From Eledone cirrhosa (lineage: Eukaryota), in the NCBI GenBank assembly GCA_964016885.1, contig OZ024747.1, forward strand, positions 31,930,001 through 31,994,000: 64,000 bases of DNA, in the 5' to 3' direction. The notes below the pieces were generated by a model. It was not told where the DNA came from. It made no database searches and saw only the letters and a program-made list of their open reading frames with translations. The translations under genes and the position numbers were made by a program. This document shows, one piece after another, positions 39,082-53,315 of this stretch; the stretch's first letter is position 1, and each line of letters starts with the position of its first letter.

Positions 39082-41750
39082 TAAAAACATGTGTGTATAT
39101 ATAACACATGTGTGTGTATAGATATATAAAACGTGTGTATGTATATATATAAAACGCGTGTGTGTGTGTAGTGTATATATATAAAACGTGTGTGTGTGTG
39201 TAGTGTATATATATAAAACGTGTGTGTATATATATATAAAACGTGTGTGTGTATATATATATATAAAACGTGTGTGTATATATATAAAACGTGTGTGTGT
39301 ATATATATAAAACGTGTGTGTGTATATATAAAACGTGTGTGTATATATAAAACGTGTGTGTGTATATATAAAACGTGTGTGTGTATATATAAAACGTGTG
39401 TGTGTATATATAAAACATGTGTGTATATATAAAACGTGTGTGTGTATATATATAAAACGTGTGTGTATATATATATAAAACGTGTGTGTATATATATATA
39501 AAACGTGTGTGTGTATATATATATAAAACGTGTGTGTGTATGTATATATAAAACGTGTGTGTGTATGTATATATAAAACGTGTGTGTGTATGTATATATA
39601 AAACATGTGTGTGTGTATATATATAAAACATGTATGTGTGTATATATATATATATAAAACGTGTGTATATATATATATATAAAACAGGTGTGTGTGTATA
39701 TATATAAAACGTGTGTGAGTATATATATATAAAACGTGTGTGTGTGTATATATAAAACGTGTGTATATATATATATAACGTGTGTGTATATATATATAAA
39801 ACGTGTGTGTATATATATATATATATATAAAACGTGTGTGTATATATAAAACGTGTGTGTGTATATATATATAAAACGTGTGTGTGTATATATATATAAA
39901 ATATGTGTATATATATATAAAACGTGTGTGTGTGTGTATATATATAAAACGTGTGTGTGTGTATATATATAAAACGTGTGTGTGTGTATATATAAAACGT
40001 GTGTGTGTGTATATATATAAAACGTGTGTGTGTGTATATATATAAAACGTGTGTGTGTGTATATATATATAAAACGTGTGTGTGTATATATATATAAAAC
40101 GTGTGTGTATATATATATATATAAAACGTGTGTATATATATATATAAAACGTGTGTGTATATATATATATAAAACGTGTGTGTGTATATATATATAAAAC
40201 GTGTGTGTGTGTATATATATATAAAACGTGTGTGTGTGTATATATATATAAAACGTGTATGTGTGTATATATATATAAAACGTGTATGTATATATATATA
40301 AAACGTGTGTATATATATATAAAACGTGTGTGTGTGTATATATAAAACGTGTGTGTGTGTATATATAAAACGTGTGTGTATATATAAAACGTGTGTATAT
40401 ATATATAAAACGTGTGTGTATATATATATAAAACGTGTGTGAGTATATATATATATATAAAACGTGTGTGTATATATATATAAAACGTGTGTGTGTATAT
40501 ATAAAACGTGTGTATATATATATATAAAACGTGTGTGTATATATATAAAACGTGTGTATATATATATAAAACGTGTGTGTATATATATATATAAAACGTG
40601 TGTATATATATAAAACGTGTGTGTATATATATATAAAACGTGTGGGTATATATATAAAACGTGTGTGTATATATATATAAAACGTGTGTGTATATATATA
40701 TAAAACATGTGTGTGTATATATATAAAACGTATGTATATATATATAAAACATGTGTGTGTGTATATAGATAAAACGTGTGTGTATATATATATATAAAAC
40801 GTGTGTGTGTATTTTATAAAACGTGTGTGTATATATATATATATATATAAAACGTGTGTGTGTATATATATAAAATGTGTGTGTATATATATATAAAACG
40901 TGTGTGTGTATATATATAAAACGTGTGTGTGTGTGTATATATATAAAACGTGTGTGTATATATATATAAAACGTGTTTGTATATATATAAAACGTGTGTG
41001 TATATATATATATAAAACGTGTATGTGTATATATATATATAAAACGTGTGTGTATATATATATAAAACGTGTGTGTATATATATAAAACGTGTGTGTATA
41101 TATATATATATATAAAACGTGTGTATATATATAAAACGTGTGTGTATATATATATAAAACGTGTGGGTATATATATAAAACGTGTGTGTATATATATATA
41201 AAACGTGTGTGTATATATATATAAAACATGTGTGTGTATATATATAAAACGTATGTATATATATATAAAACGTGTGTGTGTATATATATAAAACGTGTGT
41301 GTGTATTTTATAAAACGTGTGTGTATATATATATAAAACGTGTGTGTGTGTATATATATAAAATGTGTGTGTATATATATATAAAACGTGTGTATATATA
41401 TATATAAAACGTGTGTATATATATATAAAACATGTGTGTGTATATATATAAAACGTGTGTGTATATATATATAAAACGTGTTTGTATATATATAAAACGT
41501 GTGTGTATATATATATAAAACGTGTATGTGTATATATATATATATAAAACGTGTGTGTATATATATATAAAACGTGTGTGTATATATATATAAAACGTGT
41601 GTGTATATATATATATATATATAAAACGTGTGTATATATATAAAACGTGTGTGTATATATATATATATATATAAAACATGTGTGTGTGTGTATATATAAA
41701 ACGTGTGTATATATATATAAAACATGTGTGTGTATATATATATATACACA
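39082..41750. repeat. Microsatellite-derived satellite [AAAACG(TG)n(TA)m], ~20-26-bp units
   Basis: More than 100 units with a constant AAAAC(G/A) linker. Confidence 0.98.
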
Positions 41751-42193
41751 CATTACTTAAGCAGAAAATGGCAGTGATTTGAATTTTCAGCTTGGTCCAA
41801 GAAATGACTGTATATCAGTATAGCAAAAGTTAAAAAGTCCACCACTCCCAGGAGGGGGAGGTGAGAGAGTAGGAAGAGCATGAACAAGAGAGAGAGAGTG
41901 AGTGGGGGAGAGTGAGATAGTGCATGAGAGAGAGAGGAGAGAGAGGAGGGAAAGGTGGTGAGAAAGTGAGGGAGAGAGAGACAATGGTGAGAGAGAGGAA
42001 GGAAAGAGAGAGAATGAAATTAGTTTATTACCATTAATTATTCTCTCTCTAGCTATAATTGTCATGAATAGAAAACCATTCATATAGAATTCAGATAAGG
42101 CTCTCATTGAACTTAATCTAAATTCTGCTACTTAGCAACAATAACAACAACAACAACAACAACACTAATAATAATAAGATAAAGGAAATGATG

Positions 42194-42227
<34 letters not shown>

Positions 42228-42767
42228 CAATAACAACAACAGCAACAATAATAATAATGATAAAGATGATGATGGTGGTGATGGTGGTGTTGGTGGTGAT
42301 GATGATGATGATGGTGCTGGTGATGATGGTGATGATAGTAACACTGCAGCTGCAACTCCTCATATATTACATAGGCTTCTAACAGATACAACCAAATCCC
42401 ATACATCATTCATATGATCTCTTTATTTTCAAGCAAATGGCATGCAATAATTAACGTAAACCATCCTTCTGATATCTCGTCATTATTGCCACCTGTTAGC
42501 CTGATTTACAGCACAGAAACACAACTATCCTTTCCAATTTTCAATCCCCAATGTCAACCTATGCACAATTATTTCAGAATTCAAAGTTAGTTATCACTCC
42601 TGTATCTGAAAACTAACATGACCCTCATGGTTAATTACTGTTGTGAAAGTATGGTATATAGTTGGTTAGTTATTGACAATAATTATATAACTGTAACTGA
42701 CTACTAATTGCTAAATGTCAATCATTGGTCTTAGCAGCCAATTTTTAATATAAAGTCATAATATAAT

Positions 42768-42956
42768 TGTTTCTACTTTTGGCACAAGGCCAGCAATTAC
42801 CTAGTGCATTACTGGTACTTTATTTTATTGACCCCGCAAGGATGAAAGGCAAATTTAACCTCGGCGGGATTTGAACTCAGAATGGCAAGGGCCGTAACGC
42901 TATGTGTCAAAGCATGGCGTCCGACCCTCTACCGATACTGCCAATCCACCGCCATT
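42768..42956 (-). mobile_element. Full-length SINE (core family) with target-site duplication
   Basis: Flanked by the direct repeat ATATAAAGTCATAATATAAT at 42748-42767 and 42957-42976. Confidence 0.9.
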
Positions 42957-43229
42957 ATATAAAGTCATAATATAATATTAAGTAATCTTTTCTATTCTAA
43001 CCACTTGGATTCTGGGAAACTTATGACTGTCTTTTGTTATAATTTCAGAGACAAAGAATCAGCATTAATACAAATTGATATATTCAGAATAATATCCCCC
43101 ACCTTGGTTGTTAGAATCACAATATTTTCAACTGCTGAACCCCCCACCACAGTTTTCTTCAGCTACTTGTTCTATGGGACAATAACACAAGCATTTTAAT
43201 CATTTCTTAAATGTTAAAGGCACAATGTG

Positions 43230-43800
43230 GAGGTGTTTAGCCTAGTGGTAAGGGGACATACAATAAAAATGACGTCGGTTTGATTCCAGGACTGGGTTGT
43301 GCGTTGTGTTCTTTAGCAAAACACTTCATTTCAAGCTATACTCAGCTGAAAATGAACACCAGCACCAATAGCTAGGAGTTTAACCTAGCGATGGATTGGT
43401 GTCCAGTTGCTTCACGCCACGAAAACTTAGATAAACACTGGCCTGATGAGCCTCCAGGCTCGAGACAGACTTTAGAAATGCACTAATTTTAACTACAGGT
43501 TTAGAGTGATTAGAGTGTTCAGCTTATGATTGTAATTTCATGAAGTTGGTTTCCAATGGTGCATTGTGCCCTTGAGCAAGACACTTTATTTCATGACAGT
43601 TTAGTCCACTTAGCTGGCAAAAAATTAGTTGTAGCTGAAAGAGCTATACTTGTCATAATTTGGATCACTCTGAATCACTTTAAGAACTACATTCAGGATA
43701 TACGTGTTTGGGAAGTGATCACCCACTTGCACGTGGATTTCACCACAAGGAGGTTCTTCCATTGCTTGAACAATTAGAACACTCATAACTGGAAATGATG
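43230..43800 (+). mobile_element. Two adjacent diverged tRNA-SINEs
   Basis: 43232-43475 resembles the 32545 family. 43500-43790 resembles the element at ~25880-26130. Confidence 0.65.
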
Positions 43801-45241
43801 GAAGTCCAACAATAACAACCTATTACTCGAGTTCAAATCCTGGGTTAATGTATCAGAATGATCAACAAGTTCTCAGGGTGGGCTGGAACTCATCAAATTG
43901 GACCAAAAAAACAATGTTTTCGTTGGTTTTTCCATTGCTGATACTATCTACCAGTCGCAACTCCTGAGTCAATGTATTTACATATATAAGTTTAAGTGAA
44001 ACAAGCAAGTGACATTGTAAGTATATATAAACAATCTATCTTTAGAATTATTGAGCATCAGGAAGTTTGAGAATTTGAAAAAAGTATCAATGTTGTTTAC
44101 TATGAAAAATAATTTTATAAGTTGGACTTATAAAGCCAGAATATAGAAAAACATTTGTACAGCATTGCCTGTTGAACTCGAACTCACATCTGCAATATAC
44201 TGTTAAGCATTGCTTACCATTTACTCCAAAGCAACACTGACAAATTTTTCCATTATACTAAGCCTTAAAATTAAGGGAAAAATTTGTCGGTGTCGCTCTG
44301 GTGTAAATTGTAAGCATGGCTTAAAGAGGTGTAGGTTTGAGTCCCATGGTAGATGCTGTACAAAATGTTTTCCATATTCAGTGTTTATATGCCCAACTTA
44401 TAAGACTATTTTCCATAGTCAGTCAATGTTGATGCTTATTTCAAATTCTCAAATATGTAAATAATTAATATAAGTGAACTCAAGATATGGACTATAGAAT
44501 GAGAATGATCTACCACCCATGGTTTGAATAAAGAAATCAGTTCACAATTCTAAGAACATAACTGAAGACGACAAGCATCCGGAAAGGGTGGAAAGTAATA
44601 ACAGCAAAAATGTGATTATAAAAATTAAGATGAGGATACTAGGCTGAATAAATCAGTTCTTAATAATGGTGATGGTCTATTTGGTGAAAATAAAAAATGG
44701 AGATATGATAAAGTGATGCAATATAAAAAAAATGTCTAAATATCAAATATTTTTGACAGCCAAAAAACAATTAGAAGAAAAAAATTCATCAAATATCTAC
44801 AAAAATTTGAAAATAAATACTATAAACCATTAATCATACATTCAATTTCTCTTAACTTATTGTGAAGCTCAAGTTATGAGGTTAAATTTCTGGTCAAATT
44901 TCAAACCTTTCTATGGCTGTTATTTTGCACCCAAAAATCAATATTCACAAGTGTTATATTAGATATAATCAGTCTGTCTAAAAATACGTTTCAGCAACAC
45001 TTACATAACTATTTAGTGATTTATTGTAAGGATATCCAAAAGTGAATAAATCCTTTCCAGCATATATTTAAGGTTCATTCAGGTGTGACCATCCATAGTA
45101 TAACACAAAATGTACAACACCTACAACACCACATACTATACTAAAACAGTCCCACCTATGCATCGAGTGCTCAAGTTGGCGAACTCATAGTAACAAAGTT
45201 CCAAACCATTAAACTATATATATATATATATATACATGTAC

Positions 45242-45463
45242 CATCATCATCATCATCATCATTTTACGTCCGCTTTTCCCTGCTTGCAAGGGTGGGACGG
45301 GTCTTATTCAGCACAGCATCTCTCCACTTGTCACGGTCCTTCGTCATCTCCACCGTGAGCTTCAGCGATCTGAGGTCTGTTCTCACCACCTTCGCCCATG
45401 TTTTTCGTGGTCTACCTCTACCACGTCTTCCTTCAACTGGCATTTCCTGGCACTTCTTCACCC
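45242..45463 (-). mobile_element. RTE-clade LINE 3' fragment (young)
   Basis: ORF 45264..45461 KKCQEMPVEGRRGRGRPRKTWAKVVRTDL...WRDAV, with a (TGA)n tail. Confidence 0.9.
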
Positions 45464-45484
45464 ATATATATATATATATACATA

Positions 45485-45926
45485 TACGATATTAAACAAA
45501 TGGAAACTATATTTATAAAACCATATTTATTTCGTTATATATATTTCTGGGATATCATATTAAAAATATGGTATGCCTTCCTCAGACAAAATACAATACA
45601 TAAGCTGTTTTATAAATAATTTTGACATACCTTATAATAATGCAACTTCCATTTAAAAAGTTGATTTTAAATGGAAGTTGCATTATTATAAGGTATGTCA
45701 AAATTATTTATAAAACAGCTTATGTATTGTATTTTGTCTGAGGAAGGCATACCATATTTTTAATATGATATCCCAGAAATATATATAACAAAATAAATAT
45801 GGTTTTATAAATATAGTTTCCATTTGTTTAATATCGTAAACCTACTCCAGAAACTGTTGAGTGCTTTTATATCAGTTATAAAATATTTACTCGTTGTAAC
45901 CCAACAATTTTAAATAAAACTTTTGC
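45485..45926. mobile_element. Fold-back PLE-like element: 174-bp-arm palindrome (45485-45838) plus 3' tail
   Basis: Arms 45485-45658 and 45665-45838 with a 6-nt loop; I see one mismatch. The tail is homologous to 34440-34527. Flanked by TA tracts. Confidence 0.9.
45730..45795 (+). ncRNA. Type I hammerhead ribozyme (mirror copy on minus strand at 45528-45593)
   Basis: Stem I TATTTTGT/ACAAAATA; CTGAGGA; stem II GGCATACCATATT/AATATGATATCCC; GAAA; TATATAT; AUA site. Confidence 0.75.
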
Positions 45927-46484
<558 letters not shown>

Positions 46485-46831
46485 ATATATATATATATTG
46501 TTATACTTGGGGAGGGTCATATTGTTGTAATAATATTGCCAGAAGTAATAACAGAACACACTCACTGTTAGTTGGTTTTCGCTTCTGTATCTTTTATATC
46601 TCCATAGTTAATTTATTTGGCAATCAACATCCATCATTGATTTACCAACGATTAAAAATACAGTTACAAATATATACACATATATATGATTTTTAATGCG
46701 ATGAAATACCAATGATGGTTGGAAAATCACTGACGAAGGACTATTTTTATCATATGTAACCCGTGTGCAACCACGCAGTATTCTTCTTTCTTCTCATGGT
46801 TTATATATATATATATATATCATTATATATA

Positions 46832-47002
46832 TCAGTAGAGGGTCGGAAGCCATGCTTTCCAGCATAGTTACGTCCCTTTACGATTTGAGTTCAAATCCCG
46901 CCGAGGTTGACTTTGCCTTTCATCTTTACGGGGTCGATAAAATAAAGTACCAGTAATGCACTGGGTAATTGCTGGCCTTGTGCCTAAAGTAGAAACAATT
47001 AT
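46832..47002 (+). mobile_element. Young SINE copy (core family)
   Basis: Near-identical to 38150-38310 and 54500-54672. Confidence 0.9.
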
Positions 47003-47739
47003 ATATATATATTTGTTGTGTATTGATTGCTTCAGCTTGTTTATGCATTAACCCCACTTGGTCTGTGTTTGGCTTATATCGGTGTGGTGCCTGTCCAGGT
47101 AATTCTGTAACCTACTACTATACCCTGATTGCGCATACTATGGGAGGGGGGGGGGGGATAAAATAGCCTTTATACTTTCTGAAGATACCTTATGGATCTC
47201 ATAGTATTTCTATGACTCTAAGGCATGTGAAACTAAATCACCTGTCTTCTATAGTAACCAATGCATACCCTCCTTTGTTGCTTTTGTGTGCCTTGACATG
47301 CCTCAATTTCTTTTTTTTTCTTTCCCCCTTTTTTAATTAATTTTTTAAAATAATTATTATATTTTTTTTATTATTTTAAATTTTTTTTAAAATTATCTTT
47401 AAGTGCCTTTGATTGCTTTCGTGTGCCTTCACATGCCTCAGTCTCTTTTGAGAAAATCTGCCTGTATTCTTGTATTCTCATGTTTTCCTATAATGTTGAC
47501 TAACAACCCCAGTACGCATTTTCTCCATCTTTCTATATCCAATCTCCCTCTTACTATCATGTACTGTATCTCTACTGTTCTGGTGACTAAGCTTGGTAGA
47601 GCTTATATTCAGCACTATATTTTTGTTTATAACGCTCTGATGATTCCTGCCCCACGGTATGGATGAAAGATTATTAGCGAATAAAAATTGTATGAGTATG
47701 TAGGCATTCTTTGATTTATTTTATCTCTCTCTCTCTCTG

Positions 47740-47782
<43 letters not shown>

Positions 47783-47793
<11 letters not shown>

Positions 47794-47945
47794 GGTGCGT
47801 GGCTGAGTGGTTATAGAATTGTATTCACGATCGTGAGGGTGTAAGTTCGATTCCCCTTCTACCTGGAATTGAGACCGATAGAGAGTATTAGCAATTAGAA
47901 AGACAATGGAAACATCGTTTCCTCGGTCCAATTTGATAAAAAAAA
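47783..47945 (+). mobile_element. tRNA-derived SINE
   Basis: A-box TGGCTGAGTGG and B-box AGTTCGATTCC. The tail is shared with 55545-55660 and with minus-strand pieces at ~10060-10180 and ~43865-43965. Confidence 0.7.
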
Positions 47946-48003
47946 GTCGATCGACTGTCGATATTTATATATGTATATATGTACGATATGTATGTACGAT
48001 ATA

Positions 48004-48990
48004 TCATCATCATCATCATCATCATCATCGTTTAACGTCCATCTTCCACGCTTGCATGGGTTTGGATGGGAGTTTTCCCACTTGAGGCAAGATTGGTTGT
48101 CTTGCTCGTATAGGACTGTCTGGCGGGCTTTCTACGGCTGGATGCCCTTCCTAACACCAACCACGTTTACAGTGTGGACTGGGAGGTTTTTACCGTGTTA
48201 CCTATACGGTCACATTACAGCGTGGACTGTGTTTTTTTTTCATGACACCTACACGACCTCATTTATTTTGGACTGGATGTTGTGGTACCAACATAGCTTT
48301 ACATCGAAAGGGGTGGTGTGGATGGGGTGGGGGTGGTGTGGCGGGGGTGTATTTTTGTTAGAGGTGCCTACTGACTGTAGGTTTCGCTTTGTACTTAGGC
48401 AAGGCGGGTCTTCGGTATTACTGCGTAGAGCCAAAGATCTCAGTCCAGTGACATTGTCTTGGAGAGGTGTAAGTATGTGAGGTCGGAATTTATCAAGTCA
48501 TCCCAGGTTTTTCTGGGTCTGCCTACTCCGTGGCTACTGTCTATTTTTATCACCCTGCACTTTTTTATACAGCTGTCGTCTTTCATGCGCATCACGTGAC
48601 CATACCAACGTAGTCTTCTCTCGAGTAAACAGCATCTGATTCCTCTTATTCCTAATTTCTAACTTAGTACATTTATGCTTTGCTGTTCACATATATTACT
48701 ATTACACATCCAACGGAGCATGCAAGCTTCGTTCCTCTCCAGTCTGCGTATATCCTCTGCACACAATGCCCAAGTAACATTGCTGTTCGTATGCAAGCAT
48801 CATACAGCCTGCCTTTCATTTTTAGAGAGAACCCTTTAGCGGCCAATCGTGGTATAAGCTCTCTGAACTTTTTCCATCCCATTCTGACCCTTGCTACTGT
48901 ACTTTCGGAGCACCCTCCACCACTGCTGATTTTGTCAACCAGGTAACGGAAGGTGTCCACTATTTCTATAGAACCATCTGTGCAATGGAA
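48004..48990 (-). mobile_element. RTE-clade LINE 3' portion with long 3' UTR
   Basis: ORF 48673..48960 (GGGCSESTVARVRMGWKKFREL...KGRLYDAC), then RRLRWYGHVMRM...GRPRKTW in another frame. UTR resembles 26700-26970 and ends in (TGA)n. Confidence 0.9.
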
Positions 48991-49049
48991 TGAGCTAGTA
49001 TTCTATATATATATATACATTTCTCTTTTATATATATAAAAGAGAAATG

Positions 49050-49080
<31 letters not shown>

Positions 49081-49149
49081 ACAATGGTGTATGTAATGTA
49101 GGCAATAATCTTCTTTCCGCTGATATTGTACTCCCCTGTAAGTCGTTCA

Positions 49150-50185
49150 ATCTTTCCACATTTTTCCAGTCTCTATCTCCAGGTCCTTATACTTGTTCAA
49201 TTTTTCAAATGTTTTTATAGATACATTCTTGTCTATTGGAACGGACATATCAATTAGCAGGCATATCCTCTTTTTAAAGTCTATTAGCATCTATTTTTCC
49301 GGTCTGTTTGGATGCTAAAGTTCCACAAGATTGAGATGTGATCTTTTTCAAGTATGGGAGGTGGTTGATGCTCCCACCAATTCTTTTGATGGGGCAGACC
49401 AAAATGCTTACACATTATCTAATGTATGTATTGTGCAGCTCTGTCATGCCTGTTTAGGTATTCGGTTGGAGCTATAGGACTGCACATTGAAATTATATGA
49501 TCAATCGTCTCAATGGATTGCATCCATTTTTTATTATGTTGGCTTGGTAATTTTTTTGTTGGCAGACACTGATCTTGTGCTGATATAATTAGTCCTTCAG
49601 TCTCTGATTTCAGTCCAGAGAATGCCAACAACTGATGGGTTAAAGTTTTGTCAACATCAGGATTGTTAGCTCTTTCTGGGTATTTTCCATACAGAGGCTT
49701 TTCTTGCCATTTCTTAGCTAGTTTCTGTAGCAGTTCTTTCTTTGCAGTTACTTTTACCTGCTTTGATTTTTCTGTGTTTTTCATTTCAGCAGTAAATGGA
49801 ACTTCTGAAATTTGTAGTCCATTACTGTATCTTTGTGCATCTTTTGTAATGGAGTATGATCATTTGATGCTTTTGTGTTTCAAAACGAGTTTGATCATCC
49901 AATCATGTGCCTCCCTTAGATATGTAGATAATCAAATTGTTGCAGTTTTCAAAGCAATGTCTAACTGGATTAATACATGTCCTCCTTCTTTCCTAGGGAG
50001 ATATATCCTATCTGTATCTACCTTAGGGCGATGCATTCTGGGCATGGTTAAGAATTTTCTAAGTTTTGTATCGAGCCTACGGATCTCTGTGCTTGACCAG
50101 TTGACATTGTTACTACTGATATGGTAACTGTGTTTATGGCATCGATCCTATTCCTTGCATTCAACTCCGTTCTTAAGATTGCTCT
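49150..50185 (-). mobile_element. R4/Dong-type non-LTR retrotransposon fragment (5'-truncated, decayed)
   Basis: ORF 49419..49784 with LKSETEGLIISAQDQ...ETIDHIISMC...YLNRHD, plus restriction-like endonuclease remnants. Starts next to (TAA)n. Confidence 0.85.
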
Positions 50186-50209
50186 TATTATTATTATTGT
50201 TATTATTGT

Positions 50210-53200
50210 TCTTTGAGTCTCAGTCTTTGATGTTATTTAACTGGAAAGTTTGTTGAAATGAATATCAAGCCACTACCTGCAGCCTCAGATATTCAGGACG
50301 TATCGGAGGGTTCTTGCTGTTCCCAGCAAGTATGCCTTTTGAAGTGTTCCAAAAAGCGGGGCTGGACTAATCTTCTTTAACCATCCTTGGAAACTCTTTG
50401 AGATAGTACCTAGTGCGCCTATGACAATCGGGATGACCTTGAATTCATGGCAGTTCCAAATCCTTTTTACCTCCCACTTTAAGTCCTGGTATCGGTTAAT
50501 TTTCTCCCTCTACTTTTCTTGCACTCTCGTGTCAAATGGGCAGGCTACATCTACAAACAGGCACAATCTTTTTTCCTTGTCAAAAACCACCAGGTCAGGC
50601 CTATTGTGTTCTAATTTCTTGTCCGTCTGTATCCTAAAATACAATAGTACCTTCAACTGATCGTTTTCTATCACCGACTCTGGATTATGCTCATACCACT
50701 TCTCAGAATGTGGTAAATTGTTTACTTTGCATAGGTGCCAGTGGATCACCCTGCCCATCACATCATGTCTCCAGCCCTTATAGTGAGTCTGGGCTAGGTG
50801 TTTACACTCGGATACAATGTGAGCCACAGTCTCCTCTCTCTCTCCACAGATCCTACACAGTGGGCTAGCCTCCTCCTTGTAAATATAGTGTTTCACCCAC
50901 TTCGTTCTGAGGGCCTGCTCTTGCGCAGCCATTAGCATTCCTTCTGTAGCCTTTTTAAGGTCTCCTCTTTTTAACCAGTTCCATGTCTGTGGATCTCTAC
51001 ATTCAGTTTTCTTAAAGAAGGTACTATCAAGGGATTTTTCATGAAGGTTGCTCTTCCTCCTTGTTGTTATTTCCTCCTTGGACATCTCCTAGTCTATTGT
51101 CTTCTCCTTCAGTACAATTTTGAGCATTGGCTCCTTACTGTCAGTCACATACTTGTGTGGGTTGTTTTTCTCCATCTGAACACAGTCCTCTATGCTGATA
51201 AGACCTCTTCCCCCTTCAGATCTCCTTAAATTGAGTCTATCCACATCACTCCTCTTGTGGAACATGTTGTAGATAGTCAATAGCTTCCTAGTCTTCCTAT
51301 CCATTTCTTTTTGTTCAGCAACATTCCATTTCAGAATTCCCGCACTGTACCTAATAATAGACACAGTTTGGGAATTCACTGCACTTATGACATTTCTACT
51401 ATTTAGATGTGATTTTAATACGCTCCTTACTCTCCTAATGTACTCAGATCTTATCAATTCCTTCATTTTTTTGTTCTTGATGTCATCTGCCTCCAGAACC
51501 CCTAAATATTTGTATCCTTCTTCAGTATCAATTTCCTTTATCATCTCACCTGTTGGTACCTGGATTCCGTTGCTTCTGCTCAATTTACCCCTCTTCATCA
51601 CTAGGACTCCACACTTATTAATACCAAATTCTATACATATATCATTGCTGAAAATACGGACAGTGTCAACAAGTACGTCCAACTCCTTCTCACTCTTCCC
51701 GAAGAGCTTAAGATCGTCCATGAAGAGGAGGTGGTTGATGGTAAGCTCTCCTTTTCCCAACTTGTATCCTGCTCTCACTTTTCGCAATATAATGGTCAGG
51801 GGAATCAGGGCAAGGGCAAACAGCAGAGGGGCCAAACTATCTCCCTTGAAGATACTTCTCTTGATCTTCACGCCTCCCAGGGATTCTCCACCCGATGTTA
51901 ACTCTGTTTCCCAGGACTTCATACTTTTGCTCAACAACTGCCTGATGTTATCTGCCACCTTGAAGATCTCTAGGCTTTTGGTTATCCAAGAATGAGGTAC
52001 CATGTCGAATACCTTTTTGTAGTCTATCCATCCCATGGCAAGACCAGTGTGTCTCCTCTTGCAATCCTCATTACGATCTTATCAATAAGTAGCTGGTATT
52101 TTGTACCACGGGACTTCTTTCGGCATCCTTTCTGTTCGTCCGGTAACAAGTTGTTTGTGTGCAGGTGATGGTAGATTTCCTCAGACACAATGCTTGTTAA
52201 CAGTTTCCACATTACGGACAGACATGTGATAGGTCTATAGTTGGTAACATCATTACCCTTGATTTGGTCTTTCATTACCAGAACTGTGGTACCTTTTGTC
52301 AACCACTCTGGTACCTCACCTGACATCAAGCAGTCATTGAACAATGGTTGTCAGTTTCAGGTGGAGGGATGTTATATTTTTAATCCAATACCCCTGCACA
52401 CCATCTGGGCCTGGTGATTTTCAGTTGGTTAGATTTTTGACCTGCCCTTTAAGAGTTTCAACTGTGATACTTTAATCAGTTTGTTGGTGTGCTTGTTCAC
52501 TAATCTCTTTTTGTACTGTCTCAATCCACACTGCCTGAATATTATGTTCAACATCCTGTCCCATATTCTTCTCCAGAATGTCTTAGTCTGTTCCTCCTCA
52601 GGGATCAAGTCGTTGCCTCTTTCTTTCCCTTCAAGCTGTTCAAGCAACACCTTCTGGTTGTTTTCAAATATGCGGTTCTGTCTATACTGATTGACTCTGC
52701 TCTCATACCGCCTAATCTTTGCACTTTTTGCTACAATGCATTACTTCAGTTCCTCTATGATAATATTTAGCTTTTTCCTCCTAGTTTTGTACTTTATTTC
52801 CAGTCTATTTTTAGTGTCTATGTTTTGTAGTGTCCCATTCAGTAGGGACTCAAGCTTTCCAATGTCTTTTTTCATTTCCTTGATTTGACCATTCAGTTGT
52901 CTCTTCCTCCCACCAAGGTTCTGATCTTTCTTGTTTGTTGTTTCCTCTCGTTTTTATGCCAAGTAATTTCCTCACCGCATTTGCTGTTGCTTTGAGGATA
53001 TTGTTGCATTGGTGAAGGTTCCTCGCCTCAAGGTATGTGATGACTTTGTTTACCTTAGCTGTTGTTTCTTTTAACTTTTTCCTGTCTACAAATCTTAGGT
53101 TCATAGGTTTTCCACTATCATTGTTCATTTCATCTACCACTAAGTTCAGGATATCAACCAAATCTTGTCCTAGCCCGTCAGCATTCATTTCCTCACTGGC

Positions 53201-53293
53201 CGTATCTTTGTTCCAGATGTTATTTATTTCAGCATTCAGATCATTGTCTGCTTCGGATGCTTCCTCAGGTCTCTCAACCTCTTCATCTTCATT
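50210..53293 (-). mobile_element. R4/Dong-type non-LTR retrotransposon, ~3.1 kb, frameshifted (RT + CCHC + restriction-like endonuclease)
   Basis: NYRPITCL, WIDYKKVFDMVPH, GDSLAPLLF and FMDDLKLF (RT); CRICGEREETVAHIVSEC, RHD and RPDLVV...VDVACP (CCHC and PD-(D/E)xK nuclease). (TAA)n at both ends. Confidence 0.93.
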
Positions 53294-53315
53294 TTTATTA
53301 TTATTATTATTATTA

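Noticed and set aside
38991-41753. 920-aa and 730-aa YIYTHTRF ORFs
   Set aside because: Microsatellite-derived satellite with constant frame slippage.
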